Positions 18,579 through 26,239 of a stretch of DNA of 32,190 nucleotides are shown here, piece after piece. Source of the DNA: a virus (lineage: Duplodnaviria; Caudoviricetes); the IMG/VR virus record IMGVR_UViG_3300005286_000504, positions 1-32,190 of that record; one strand, written 5' to 3'. Both the position numbers and the translations under genes were made by a program. The notes under the pieces are model-generated. The model was not told the DNA's origin. It was given only the letters and a program-made list of their open reading frames with translations, and ran no database searches. Each line of letters opens with the position of its first letter. Positions within the stretch are counted from its first letter, which is position 1.

Positions 18579-18938
18579 TCACCAGCCTTGCCGCCGCTCC
18601 TCGCGCTGCTTCAGGCGGTCATGGCACGGCTTGCACAGGCACTGCAGGTTCTGCTCGTCCCAGAACAGGCGCTCGTCACCACGGTGCGGCTTCTTGTGGT
18701 CGGCAACGAGCCGCGACGTATTCCCGTCAACTCGTCCGCATCCAACCATCTGGCATGTGAAGCGGTCGCGGATCAGAACCTTCATCCGAAGCTTCTGCCA
18801 GCGCGCCGTCTTGTACCATTTGCGATATTCGAGGTTCGCATCGCGCTCGCGATGCCTTGCCTGCTCATCACCGGCAACACGACCGAGGCGAGGTGGCAGC
18901 GTCGAGAGCCTTGGCTTGAGCGTTGTGAGGCGTCCCAT
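18579..18938 (-). CDS. HNH endonuclease (terminase cofactor, HK97 gp74-like)
   Basis: 119 aa. RDRFTCQ..C, ADHKKPHRG, NLQCLCKPCH motifs; upstream of terS. Confidence 0.92.
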   Translation of the reverse strand: MGRLTTLKPRLSTLPPRLGRVAGDEQARHRERDANLEYRKWYKTARWQKLRMKVLIRDRFTCQMVGCGRVDGNTSRLVADHKKPHRGDERLFWDEQNLQCLCKPCHDRLKQREERRQGW

Positions 18939-18948
18939 ACCCCTAGAT

Positions 18949-18977
18949 ACGACAAAGGCGACCGTTGAGGCCGCCTT
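18949..18977 (-). terminator. Terminator-like hairpin ahead of the late genes (tR'-like)
   Basis: Minus strand AAGGCGGCC-TCAAC-GGTCGCCTT followed by TGTCGT; 9-bp stem with a weak U tail. Confidence 0.55.
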
Positions 18978-19132
18978 GCATTCATCTGGTCATGGCTTGC
19001 GCACTGGCCCTGAATCGATGTCTCGCCTGAGACTGGAGGGCAGGGGCCGGAGGAGAACTTCATCCCGAAGGAGCATCAGACGCTCCGGTCATCCCGTCGC
19101 CGATGGACTCAGCCATCAGCGCGGGAGAATCG

Positions 19133-19828
19133 TTATGGCGCTGGCGCAACGGAGTCAATATCCAGTTCGATCGGCGTCATGCGCCCGAAGATGTTCACCT
19201 CTGCCAGCACCTTCCACCGGTCACCGAGCACCTTGCGGATGGTCGTCTGGAAGTCCGCGAATGGTCCTGACCGGATGGTCACGCGCTCGCCTGCATGCAC
19301 CGGCAAGGGCTTCTCATCATCTTGTTTTAGCACATCATTCTTCACCCGAAGCATCAGCGCGTTCATGAGTTTTTCCGGCATCAGGAACGGCTTTCCGTCA
19401 TTGCCCATCAGGCTCTGCAGGCGTGATGCGCAGAGCGCCCCGGCATAGGCCTCGTGGCAGGGAACCACCCTCAGGAAGAGGTAGCCACGGAAGAAGGGCC
19501 GATAGATATCCACAGGCTTTAGGCCTCTGCGTGGCCTCGTCCGAAAGCGCTCCAGCGGGCACCAGGTTTCGATTCCCTGCTCGTTCAACTCCTCCTGAAT
19601 GGACAGTTCCGAACCTGCCCTGCATGTCCCGACGATCCAGCGCGCCATCGTGTCGAACCGCTCCCAATCCTTGCCCGCCATCCGGATCAGGTTCGCATGT
19701 GCGGCTCTGGCCCTTTCGGCGCGCGCCTGACCTTCATCGATGCGCCGACGCTCGTAGGGCGAAAGCTCTGCAGAGGAAACGGGACGGTATGCGAGTTTCT
19801 GACCTTGGATTTTTCTATGCTGCATCAT
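19133..19828 (-). CDS. NusG-family (NGN + KOW) late transcription antiterminator
   Basis: 231 aa. NGN features W..C..G.E and PFFRGYLFLRV; KOW GERVTIRSGPFADF and VNIFGRMTPIEL. Occupies the lambda Q position. Confidence 0.88.
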   Translation of the reverse strand: MMQHRKIQGQKLAYRPVSSAELSPYERRRIDEGQARAERARAAHANLIRMAGKDWERFDTMARWIVGTCRAGSELSIQEELNEQGIETWCPLERFRTRPRRGLKPVDIYRPFFRGYLFLRVVPCHEAYAGALCASRLQSLMGNDGKPFLMPEKLMNALMLRVKNDVLKQDDEKPLPVHAGERVTIRSGPFADFQTTIRKVLGDRWKVLAEVNIFGRMTPIELDIDSVAPAP

Positions 19829-21056
19829 CGTCTTTCCTCGCCTCGATCAACTGCCTTTGGAACCGGCGAAGCGCATCCGCCACTGCCTCATCCAGATCTT
19901 CAATGCCATCGTCGAGCGCAGGGAACTGCACGAAGCCAAGCCCTTGCGGCTCAGGCAGCCAAGGCCAGCACTTCTGGTGATGGAGCCGCTTCCAAGCTTC
20001 CCACACCGCGCCGCCAACCTGCACCTTGTCGAAGCCCTGCGAGATCGTCACGATCAGCTCCGGCACCAGAACAGGCTTCCGGTCCAGCGCCGCCTGGTGT
20101 AGCTTCACCGCCTCGGGCCATCCCTTCTTTTCTCGCTTGTCCCGCCAGATCATCTCCTCCTTTTCCGGCTTGGCTTCGATGATCCGCTGCTCGAGAGCAT
20201 CGAGCATCAGCGGCATGGGCGATTTCGAAAGCTCCGCCAGCCGCAAGGCGCTCCATGGCCGGGAATAGGCGTTGAAGGTTTCCGGCGCAGCCGGCACGGA
20301 GGATCGCTCAGCCAGCCGCTCCCATGCCCGTTCCGACAGATAGGTCGCAGCAGCCTTCGAGAACTTGCGTCCGCTGCGCTTGGCCTCGGCCAGGTAGTCG
20401 GGCGTCCGCTCCTCGCAGGCCTTCCGCTGCTCCGGCGTCAGGTCCAGCCAGGCGCGACGGGTAGGCGCTTCGGCGTCCACCGCATAGGTCGGCCAGCCTG
20501 ACCACCATTTGCGGAACCGCCGCTCCAGCACTTTCGGATTTTCTTCCTCTTCCCCGTTCTCGCGCTCGCGCTCTCTCTCTTCTTGTTCAACAGGGGGAGT
20601 TATATTGGGGTCATTAATAGGTGCCGGTCCAGAACCGGCAGGGGGTGCCGGCTCTGGACCGGCAGGGGGTGCCGGTATACCGGCAGGGGTACCCCCGCAA
20701 ACGCCGGCCGTGTTAGGATCAAATTCCTCGGCATCATCGCCGTCCCATGCGCCGAAAGCATGGCTCGGCGTGTCACGATCGTAGATCACGCGGTACCAAT
20801 GCGCGCTGTCCCGGCCGTTCTCGCTGACGACTTCGCGGCGCTCGACAGCGCCGATCTCGATCAGGCTATCCAGCGCCGATTGCACCGTGGAGCGCGCGCA
20901 GCCGATCTCTTCCGACATCTTCACCTGGCTGCGCCGGCACCAGCCCTGCTTGTCGGTATGGCGCCCGAGCAGGCAGATCACCTGCAGCATCTTGCCCTTC
21001 AGGTCAGGATGCGTGACGACCCAGCCGGGGATAATTGCGAAGCGGTGATCACTCAC
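19815..21056 (-). CDS. Replication initiator (HTH, lambda O-like organisation)
   Basis: 413 aa. N-terminal wHTH (SQVKMSEEIGCARSTVQSALDSL), Pro-rich linker encoded by DNA repeats, C-terminal F..WW..WP/AATYLSERAW domain. Confidence 0.8.
   Translation of the reverse strand: MSDHRFAIIPGWVVTHPDLKGKMLQVICLLGRHTDKQGWCRRSQVKMSEEIGCARSTVQSALDSLIEIGAVERREVVSENGRDSAHWYRVIYDRDTPSHAFGAWDGDDAEEFDPNTAGVCGGTPAGIPAPPAGPEPAPPAGSGPAPINDPNITPPVEQEERERERENGEEEENPKVLERRFRKWWSGWPTYAVDAEAPTRRAWLDLTPEQRKACEERTPDYLAEAKRSGRKFSKAAATYLSERAWERLAERSSVPAAPETFNAYSRPWSALRLAELSKSPMPLMLDALEQRIIEAKPEKEEMIWRDKREKKGWPEAVKLHQAALDRKPVLVPELIVTISQGFDKVQVGGAVWEAWKRLHHQKCWPWLPEPQGLGFVQFPALDDGIEDLDEAVADALRRFQRQLIEARKDDDAA
20622..20695. 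repeat. Iteron-like palindromic repeats inside the initiator gene (probable ori)
   Basis: TGCCGG-N7-CCGGCA at 20622-20640 and 20646-20664, TGCCGGTATACCGGCA at 20670-20685, separated by GGGGG; then GGGGTACCCC at 20686-20695. Confidence 0.75.
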
Positions 21057-21346
21057 GGAATCCCCCTCCAGCTTGCCGGATTAAGCATCGTCAGTAAGCT
21101 GTAGTTTCGGTTCATGTTGATGGTGAAAGGGACGTCGCCCCGAACGGATCGCTGCGCCAGTTGTGCCGCCCGTTCCGCTCTGAAGTAGTTTTCGCCCGGC
21201 TTGAACTCGGCCTCCAAAAGAAGGCTCTCGATGATTTGCGAATGCTCGCATGAGAAGAATGCGAGTGGCGCGCGAGCCAGCCAAAGCGCTCGATCCTGAT
21301 CGTTCGCCGCCCGCCGCAACTGGTCTGTGGTGAGCAGGAAGTTCAC
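21053..21346 (-). CDS. Hypothetical phage protein
   Basis: 97 aa; GTGA/ATGA-type overlaps at both ends within the early operon. Confidence 0.65.
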   Translation of the reverse strand: MNFLLTTDQLRRAANDQDRALWLARAPLAFFSCEHSQIIESLLLEAEFKPGENYFRAERAAQLAQRSVRGDVPFTINMNRNYSLLTMLNPASWRGIP

Positions 21347-21897
21347 GCGAGGTCACCTTTCTGCCACTTGTAGAAGTCTGACCGCAGCTTCTGAAACCGC
21401 GCCCGCGCGGCCTCGTCGCCGTTTAGCGCCGCCTTCGACGAGATGCCGAGCATGCCCTTCATGCGGGTCTCGGCAGCCGTCGCCGAGGTGATTGCCCCGT
21501 CGAGCCCTTGGGCCTGCAGGAAGCGCCAGAATGCCTGTTTTTCACAGAGGCCCTTTGCCTGCTCCTCGTAGTCGTCGGCGCGCTTGCGGGCGATCAGCTT
21601 GTCGATCTCCGCCTGCAGCTCCTTCACGCGCGCCACGGCGCGGCCGACGAAGCCGAGGAACAGGAACAGGTGGTCGAGCGCACCGGCGACCAGATCCTGC
21701 TCGTCCACGGTCGCCTCGTGGTGGATGGTCAGGATCTTCACCTGCTCGCCGCTGGAGCGGGTGGAGAACACATGGATGCCATCCTGGTCCGCCTCCATGT
21801 CCCACTGGTCGCCCGCCAGCCGGTCGCTGATGTAGCGCAGCTTATCGAGCACCTGCTTTTCGCGTTCGCGATCGAACACCGGAAGGTTCGCGTTCAT
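21343..21897 (-). CDS. Hypothetical phage protein
   Basis: Start moved to ATG 21897 (ATGA overlap, upstream AAGGAG); 184 aa with a coiled coil and AFWRFL..GISSKAALN C-terminus. Confidence 0.75.
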   Translation of the reverse strand: MNANLPVFDREREKQVLDKLRYISDRLAGDQWDMEADQDGIHVFSTRSSGEQVKILTIHHEATVDEQDLVAGALDHLFLFLGFVGRAVARVKELQAEIDKLIARKRADDYEEQAKGLCEKQAFWRFLQAQGLDGAITSATAAETRMKGMLGISSKAALNGDEAARARFQKLRSDFYKWQKGDLA

Positions 21898-23375
21898 GCC
21901 GCAACTCCTTCCATTCGGTCGAGGGCAGCCAACGCCTTCATGCCGACAACCGCGCCAGCCATGGCTTTTAAGGCCAGCCACCCGCCGTCAGTGATCGCGT
22001 AGTGCTCACCATCCACCGGCGCGACGAGCTCGCGCGCGAGAAAGTCGGTTATCACGGCATCAGCCACCGAGGGCCGCATGCCCACGCCACGGCGCAGGCC
22101 CAGCGCGTCAAACTGTTCCTGCTCGGCAATCCACACCAGAGAGCGCACGCGCTCCTCCTCGACGCGCTCGTCGAGCGTCTTGCGCGGCGTCGTCCGAGTG
22201 AAATCATCCTCCGCATCGCGGAAGAGCAGAGGCGAGACATGGCAGCCTTCACCCGGCGCCAATGGCTCGGCGGAAAGGTAGTTCGACCAGTCGACGCGGA
22301 TCAGTTGCGGAAAGCCGGAGCCGTAGCTGCCGTCTTCGTTCCGCTCCCACACGAACCAGCCGGTGTTCATCTGGCTGGAGGCCTTGTTCCCCTCCCAGCC
22401 GTCGCGGTGCATCATCGGCAGGCGCCGCGTAAACACATAGATCCGGCTCGGCGGGTTTTCGTCCATCACGAGCCGCCGGTCAGGATCCTCGAAGCCGCAC
22501 ATGAAGTTGAGGTTGAGAAGCAGCGCCATCTTGCGCGGCTTGTGCTCGCGCAGCGCATGCGCCGCATAAGCGTTCGCCACGCCATAAGGCGGGTTGGTCA
22601 CGATGTCCCAGCCGCCGCCCTCTGCCACCGACAGCAGGAAGTCCCCGACGCCCTGGCACGCGCCGTGCTGCGTTGTGATGCCACGGTCGACGAGATCCGA
22701 GATCGTCACTTCATAACCGGCATTTTCGAGCGGCCGCAGGATCGCGCCACGCCCGACGCTCGGCTCGACGACGTTGAGTCCGAAACTTTCAAGCGCAAGC
22801 AGGGTGCGCATCGCCTCGATCGGCGTCTCGTAAAGATCCTCGCCGCGATCTTCCTTGGTTGCGGTCTTCGTGCCGACCGCATGTCCGGCAGCCTTCTTCA
22901 GCGCCGCGCGACTCGGCTCCAGCCCTTCCGCCAGCCGCGCCTCGACGACGCGTTCGACGAACTCCGGCTCGACTTTCACCTTGTCCCGGAGCTTTCTCGC
23001 CTCACTGAGGCGGCGTCGATCCACACCAACCTCCGCAAGGGTGAACATGTCCGCGCCTTGGACATCTGAGCGCTGCCCTTGCCGAGCAACCTTGCCTTCA
23101 GCCTGGGCTGCATCGACGGCATCAGCCATTGCGATATAGCAAAGGCTTTCGATCTTCAGCGCATCCGCCTGCATCCGCCGCGCCTTGTCGACCAGCTCGC
23201 GGGAAGCCCGCACACGGTCCGCAGACCCAGCCGCAGCCTTAGCCTGATCATAGACAACGGCGGAAAGCTTCAGGGCGCGCTCCACATCGCCAGAATCCAG
23301 CAACGCCCGAGCTTGCTCCACCACGGCTACCAGGTCGGCGATCGGCGCAGGTGCGGTCAAAACAACGTCAGTCAT
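21894..23375 (-). CDS. Orphan SAM-dependent amino-DNA methyltransferase with N-terminal helical module and C-terminal wHTH-like tail
   Basis: 493 aa. DLYETP, motif I VEPSVGRG and motif IV VTNPPY, in gamma-type order. Confidence 0.82.
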   Translation of the reverse strand: MTDVVLTAPAPIADLVAVVEQARALLDSGDVERALKLSAVVYDQAKAAAGSADRVRASRELVDKARRMQADALKIESLCYIAMADAVDAAQAEGKVARQGQRSDVQGADMFTLAEVGVDRRRLSEARKLRDKVKVEPEFVERVVEARLAEGLEPSRAALKKAAGHAVGTKTATKEDRGEDLYETPIEAMRTLLALESFGLNVVEPSVGRGAILRPLENAGYEVTISDLVDRGITTQHGACQGVGDFLLSVAEGGGWDIVTNPPYGVANAYAAHALREHKPRKMALLLNLNFMCGFEDPDRRLVMDENPPSRIYVFTRRLPMMHRDGWEGNKASSQMNTGWFVWERNEDGSYGSGFPQLIRVDWSNYLSAEPLAPGEGCHVSPLLFRDAEDDFTRTTPRKTLDERVEEERVRSLVWIAEQEQFDALGLRRGVGMRPSVADAVITDFLARELVAPVDGEHYAITDGGWLALKAMAGAVVGMKALAALDRMEGVAA

Positions 23376-24087
23376 TGGCTCCCTCCATCATGGAAGCCAA
23401 CCGCTCGCGTCCCATAACCTCGAAGATTGTAAGGTTCGGGTCAGCAGGAATGCAGTGCGACTTTATCCTCTCCAGCAAGGCCAGATCGCGCCGGTAGTCG
23501 CGTATCAGCGCGTCGATCTCGTACCACTTCAAATTCCCGAGCCGCGCTCCGCTTACAAGGGCCGGGCCTAGATACGGATTACGCGCTCCTCTTGAATCGG
23601 ACCGATCGGCTTGAGAACGCAGTGCGGAGCGGGTGGGCTCTAGCCCCCGCGCCAAGCGATCCGCAATGATGCGGTCGATGAAGTCGGGCTGGGTTTTGAG
23701 CGTGGATCTTATTTTCCGCGCTTCGTGCAGCCGCCGCTTGTCTATGCCCACCTCATCCATTTTCAGGATGTTGTCTTTGCCTTTCACAGGGCGGCCGATC
23801 CGTGCGACCACGCCGCCAGTCTGCGCTTCATCAACCGCGTTCGCCATGGCGACGTAGCACATGGTTTCGATCTTTAGCGCGTCGGCCTGCAGGCGCCGCG
23901 CTTTGTCTATGAGATCGCGAGACGCGCGAACACGCTCAGCAGAACCGGCGGCAGCCTTCGCCTGATCGTAGGCAACGGACGAAACTTTGAGCGCCAACTC
24001 CACATCGCCGGCATCGAGCAGCGCCCGCGCTCGTTCGATTGCCTCGACCAGTTCCGATTGCGGGGAATTGGTGGCAATCTCGTTCAT
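23368..24087 (-). CDS. Paralogue of the MTase N-terminal module with a different C-terminus
   Basis: Start at ATG 24087 (or GTG 24090) after GGAGG; 239 aa. The first ~155 aa align clearly with the N-terminus of 21894-23375. Confidence 0.8.
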   Translation of the reverse strand: MNEIATNSPQSELVEAIERARALLDAGDVELALKVSSVAYDQAKAAAGSAERVRASRDLIDKARRLQADALKIETMCYVAMANAVDEAQTGGVVARIGRPVKGKDNILKMDEVGIDKRRLHEARKIRSTLKTQPDFIDRIIADRLARGLEPTRSALRSQADRSDSRGARNPYLGPALVSGARLGNLKWYEIDALIRDYRRDLALLERIKSHCIPADPNLTIFEVMGRERLASMMEGAND

Positions 24088-24296
24088 CACGAAACCCTCC
24101 GGTCGCGCCAGCACTGGCTTTCGCCTTCTTCCAGCAGCCGGCACACCTCGCGCTCGTCGAGCCCGGTGCGCGCGGCGATGCAATGCGTGGAAAGCTGCTC
24201 GCCGTGCCAAAGCTCAAGAACCCGCGAAAAGCAGGCTTCCTTGATCAGCAGCGATTGGCGGTTTTCGTCGAGGCGGAAGAGCAGGGCATCCATCAC
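24087..24296 (-). CDS. Small HTH-like protein
   Basis: 69 aa, LSTHCIAARTGLDEREVCRLL; abuts both neighbours. Confidence 0.62.
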   Translation of the reverse strand: MMDALLFRLDENRQSLLIKEACFSRVLELWHGEQLSTHCIAARTGLDEREVCRLLEEGESQCWRDRRVS

Positions 24297-24626
24297 TCAG
24301 GCAGCCCTTCTGTATTCACGCCACCCATCGAGGATCTTCGATATTGTCGCCTCCGGAACGCCGAGCGCCTTGGCGATCGAGGCAGTGTCCCATTCGCCGC
24401 GCGCCCAGAGAAGCAAGGTCGCGCCGGCAATAGCGTCGAGATCCGCGTCGGTGATCGGCATGGATTTCTCACGCGCGCAGATGGCAGCAAAGCCAATGTC
24501 GAAGACCTGGCCCGCCCAGAACGATGACGCGCAACCACGGGCCGCCGCCTGCCGGTCAAGCGTTGCCTTCGCCTTCTCCGGCACGTTGATGGTGATGCCG
24601 ACCAGCCTTTGTGTCGCGCGCGCCAT
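24297..24626 (-). CDS. Small DNA-binding protein (RHH-like N-terminus, HTH-like C-terminus)
   Basis: 109 aa. ITINVPEKAKATLDRQAAARG and WDTASIAKALGVPEATISKIL; GGAGAGG upstream. Confidence 0.7.
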   Translation of the reverse strand: MARATQRLVGITINVPEKAKATLDRQAAARGCASSFWAGQVFDIGFAAICAREKSMPITDADLDAIAGATLLLWARGEWDTASIAKALGVPEATISKILDGWREYRRAA

Positions 24627-24629
24627 GGC

Positions 24630-25121
24630 TCAAGCCTCTCCGCTGACGATCTTGAGCGCCGCACGCTCGCCGCCGCGCGCCTTGATTGCCGCCAGCGAGG
24701 CTCGCAGGTCCGAAGCGGCGCGCTCCATGGCCGACGCCACACGGTCGATGCTGTGAGCTTCCGACGGGGTCACTTGCCCGTCTGAGATTGCGATGGCGAT
24801 GGCATTGGCGAGCTCCGCCGATTGCCGCATCAGTTCGGCATGGCTGGTCAGCACATTCACTTCCGCCTGGCGCTCTGCATCAGGGTCCGAAAGGCGACGG
24901 CCGTTCGTTTCCGCCAGCACCGCCGTCACGAGTGCCTGCCCGCAGTCTCGCTCCAGCACGGCGATCGCCCCGACCGGCATCAGGTCAGGTTCGGAAGCGT
25001 TGTTCCAGCGCCCGACTTCCGACTTGGAATAGCCGGACTTCTCGACGACCCGCATGATGCCGCCGCACCGCTCGATCAGGTCTCGCTGCGCCGCTTTGAT
25101 GCGATAGAGGAAAGCGTCCAT
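24630..25121 (-). CDS. CII-like phage regulatory protein
   Basis: ATG 25121 after GGAG; 163 aa. N-terminal HTH (CGG..GYSKSEVGRWNN) and C-terminal ISDGQVTPSEA motif of the 186-CII-like family; downstream of cro. Confidence 0.72.
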   Translation of the reverse strand: MDAFLYRIKAAQRDLIERCGGIMRVVEKSGYSKSEVGRWNNASEPDLMPVGAIAVLERDCGQALVTAVLAETNGRRLSDPDAERQAEVNVLTSHAELMRQSAELANAIAIAISDGQVTPSEAHSIDRVASAMERAASDLRASLAAIKARGGERAALKIVSGEA

Positions 25122-25147
25122 GTTGTTGATCTCCAAGAGACAATAGG

Positions 25148-25191
25148 TTTCCCGCGCCGGGAAATTCCCCGCGCGATTCCCGTGGTGGGAA
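25148..25191. promoter_or_regulatory. Paired TTCCC-N5-GGGAA palindromes upstream of the CII-like gene
   Basis: TTTCCC-GCGCC-GGGAAA at 25148-25164 and TTCCC-GTGGT-GGGAA at 25177-25191, plus an extra TTCCC half-site at 25165. Confidence 0.55.
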
Positions 25192-25256
25192 GAGTTGCAA
25201 AGTGTGATTGATCACTCCGTCAGATCACGGAGGCCCGCATGTCATTGGCAAGAACA

Positions 25257-25430
25257 TCAGCCCTTCTCCTTTCCGGAGCGGGAGACGCGAACAGCCTGCA
25301 TCCGCAGATCGTCGATTTCCGCCAGCATCAGCGCCTTGGCGCGCGCATGGCATATTTCGCGAAACAGAAAGGCCATGAAGCCCAGCAGCAGGACCGCGCA
25401 GAGGATATGGGTGATGAGGCTGTTACCCAT
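25257..25430 (-). CDS. Small single-pass membrane protein (57 aa; below the ORF-track cutoff)
   Basis: Manual translation MGNSLITHILCAVLLLGFMAFLFREICHARAKALMLAEIDDLRMQAVRVSRSGKEKG*; GAGGGG upstream; same strand as the operon. Confidence 0.6.
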   Translation of the reverse strand: MGNSLITHILCAVLLLGFMAFLFREICHARAKALMLAEIDDLRMQAVRVSRSGKEKG

Positions 25431-25495
25431 GAACGGCGACCCCTCGATAAATCACCGGTCGGGGCACGCAGTACACAGGCCCCGACCGGTGGTAG

Positions 25496-25559
25496 CGCCC
25501 GCCCCGGGAGGAGGAGAGGCAAGGCGCAGACAGCGAGCGGGGAGGAGGATCGCTCGCTG
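25496..25559 (-). ncRNA. Cuckoo/alpha-r14-like RNA: two stem-loops with CCUCCUCCC loops
   Basis: Minus strand CAGCGAGCG-ATCCTCCTCCC-CGCTCGCTG and CGCCTTGCCTC-TCCTCCTCCC-GGGGCGGGCG in tandem. Confidence 0.65.
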
Positions 25560-25740
25560 GGAAAGAAAGGTCGCCAGGGGTCAGAGGTCCGCCACCCTGG
25601 CGACAGTTGGCGCGACCGTCTGACGAGCCGCGCGGGGAACGAGGGTGTGCGCAGCGGGGAAAAGCACCCCGCTGCGCTTGCTTTCCGTCACGCGCCCTGT
25701 TCGGTTGAGACCGCAACAACCCACAACCGAAGAGACAGAC

Positions 25741-26040
25741 ATGACGGAAGACGAAAAATATCGGGAAAAGCCGGATTACCTGCTCGGACGGATCGAAACG
25801 CTGGAGCAGGTTCTGCGCCTCGTGATCTCCACGATGCCCCACGACCAGCGGACGTTCGTTTTTGCCGCAGCGGAAGAATTCGCGCGCAAGACCCGCGAAA
25901 TTGCCGAGCGGGGCAACACCGACCCACTGCGGGATCGCGCGGATGCGGCCTACGATTACGTCCAGAGCCTGGAGAGCTCCATCGACGACTGGGGCAGCCA
26001 CTGGGACGAGATCAGGAACGAGGCAAGGCAGGAGCCTTAG
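25741..26040 (+). CDS. Hypothetical helical protein oriented against the early lytic operon (moron-like)
   Basis: ATG 25741 after GAAGAGA; 99 aa with natural acidic/helical composition and GC-rich third codon positions. Confidence 0.7.
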   Translation: MTEDEKYREKPDYLLGRIETLEQVLRLVISTMPHDQRTFVFAAAEEFARKTREIAERGNTDPLRDRADAAYDYVQSLESSIDDWGSHWDEIRNEARQEP

Positions 26041-26239
26041 ATCTTTCCCAGAGCCGGTTGGTAAAATACGCTTCGCAGCGGCCCGGATCTTTGCAGAAGA
26101 TGTCTCGCCACTCCTGCTCCTCGGCGGGCGTGCGCGGGCGCCCAGCAAGCGCCTTGAGGCGCTCCGTTCGCGCATCGAACTGTGCCTTGCGCAGTTCCCG
26201 CCGCGCCAGCCGGTCGTCAGAAGAGAGGGCAGCGTGCAT
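26012..26239 (-). CDS. Hypothetical early protein
   Basis: ATG 26239 after ACGGAG; 75 aa; directly downstream of cro. Confidence 0.55.
   Translation of the reverse strand: MHAALSSDDRLARRELRKAQFDARTERLKALAGRPRTPAEEQEWRDIFCKDPGRCEAYFTNRLWERSKAPALPRS

Noticed and set aside
20622-20695. CRISPR-like mini-array
   Set aside because: Units are 16-19 bp with constant G5 spacers, lie inside a CDS, and no cas genes are present.
21894-23375. Restriction-modification system
   Set aside because: No cognate endonuclease or specificity subunit is adjacent; the HNH gene is the terminase-linked type.
21894-24087. Possible diversity-generating retroelement template/variable repeat pair
   Set aside because: Differences between the copies are spread over synonymous positions rather than adenine-specific, and no reverse transcriptase is in the window.
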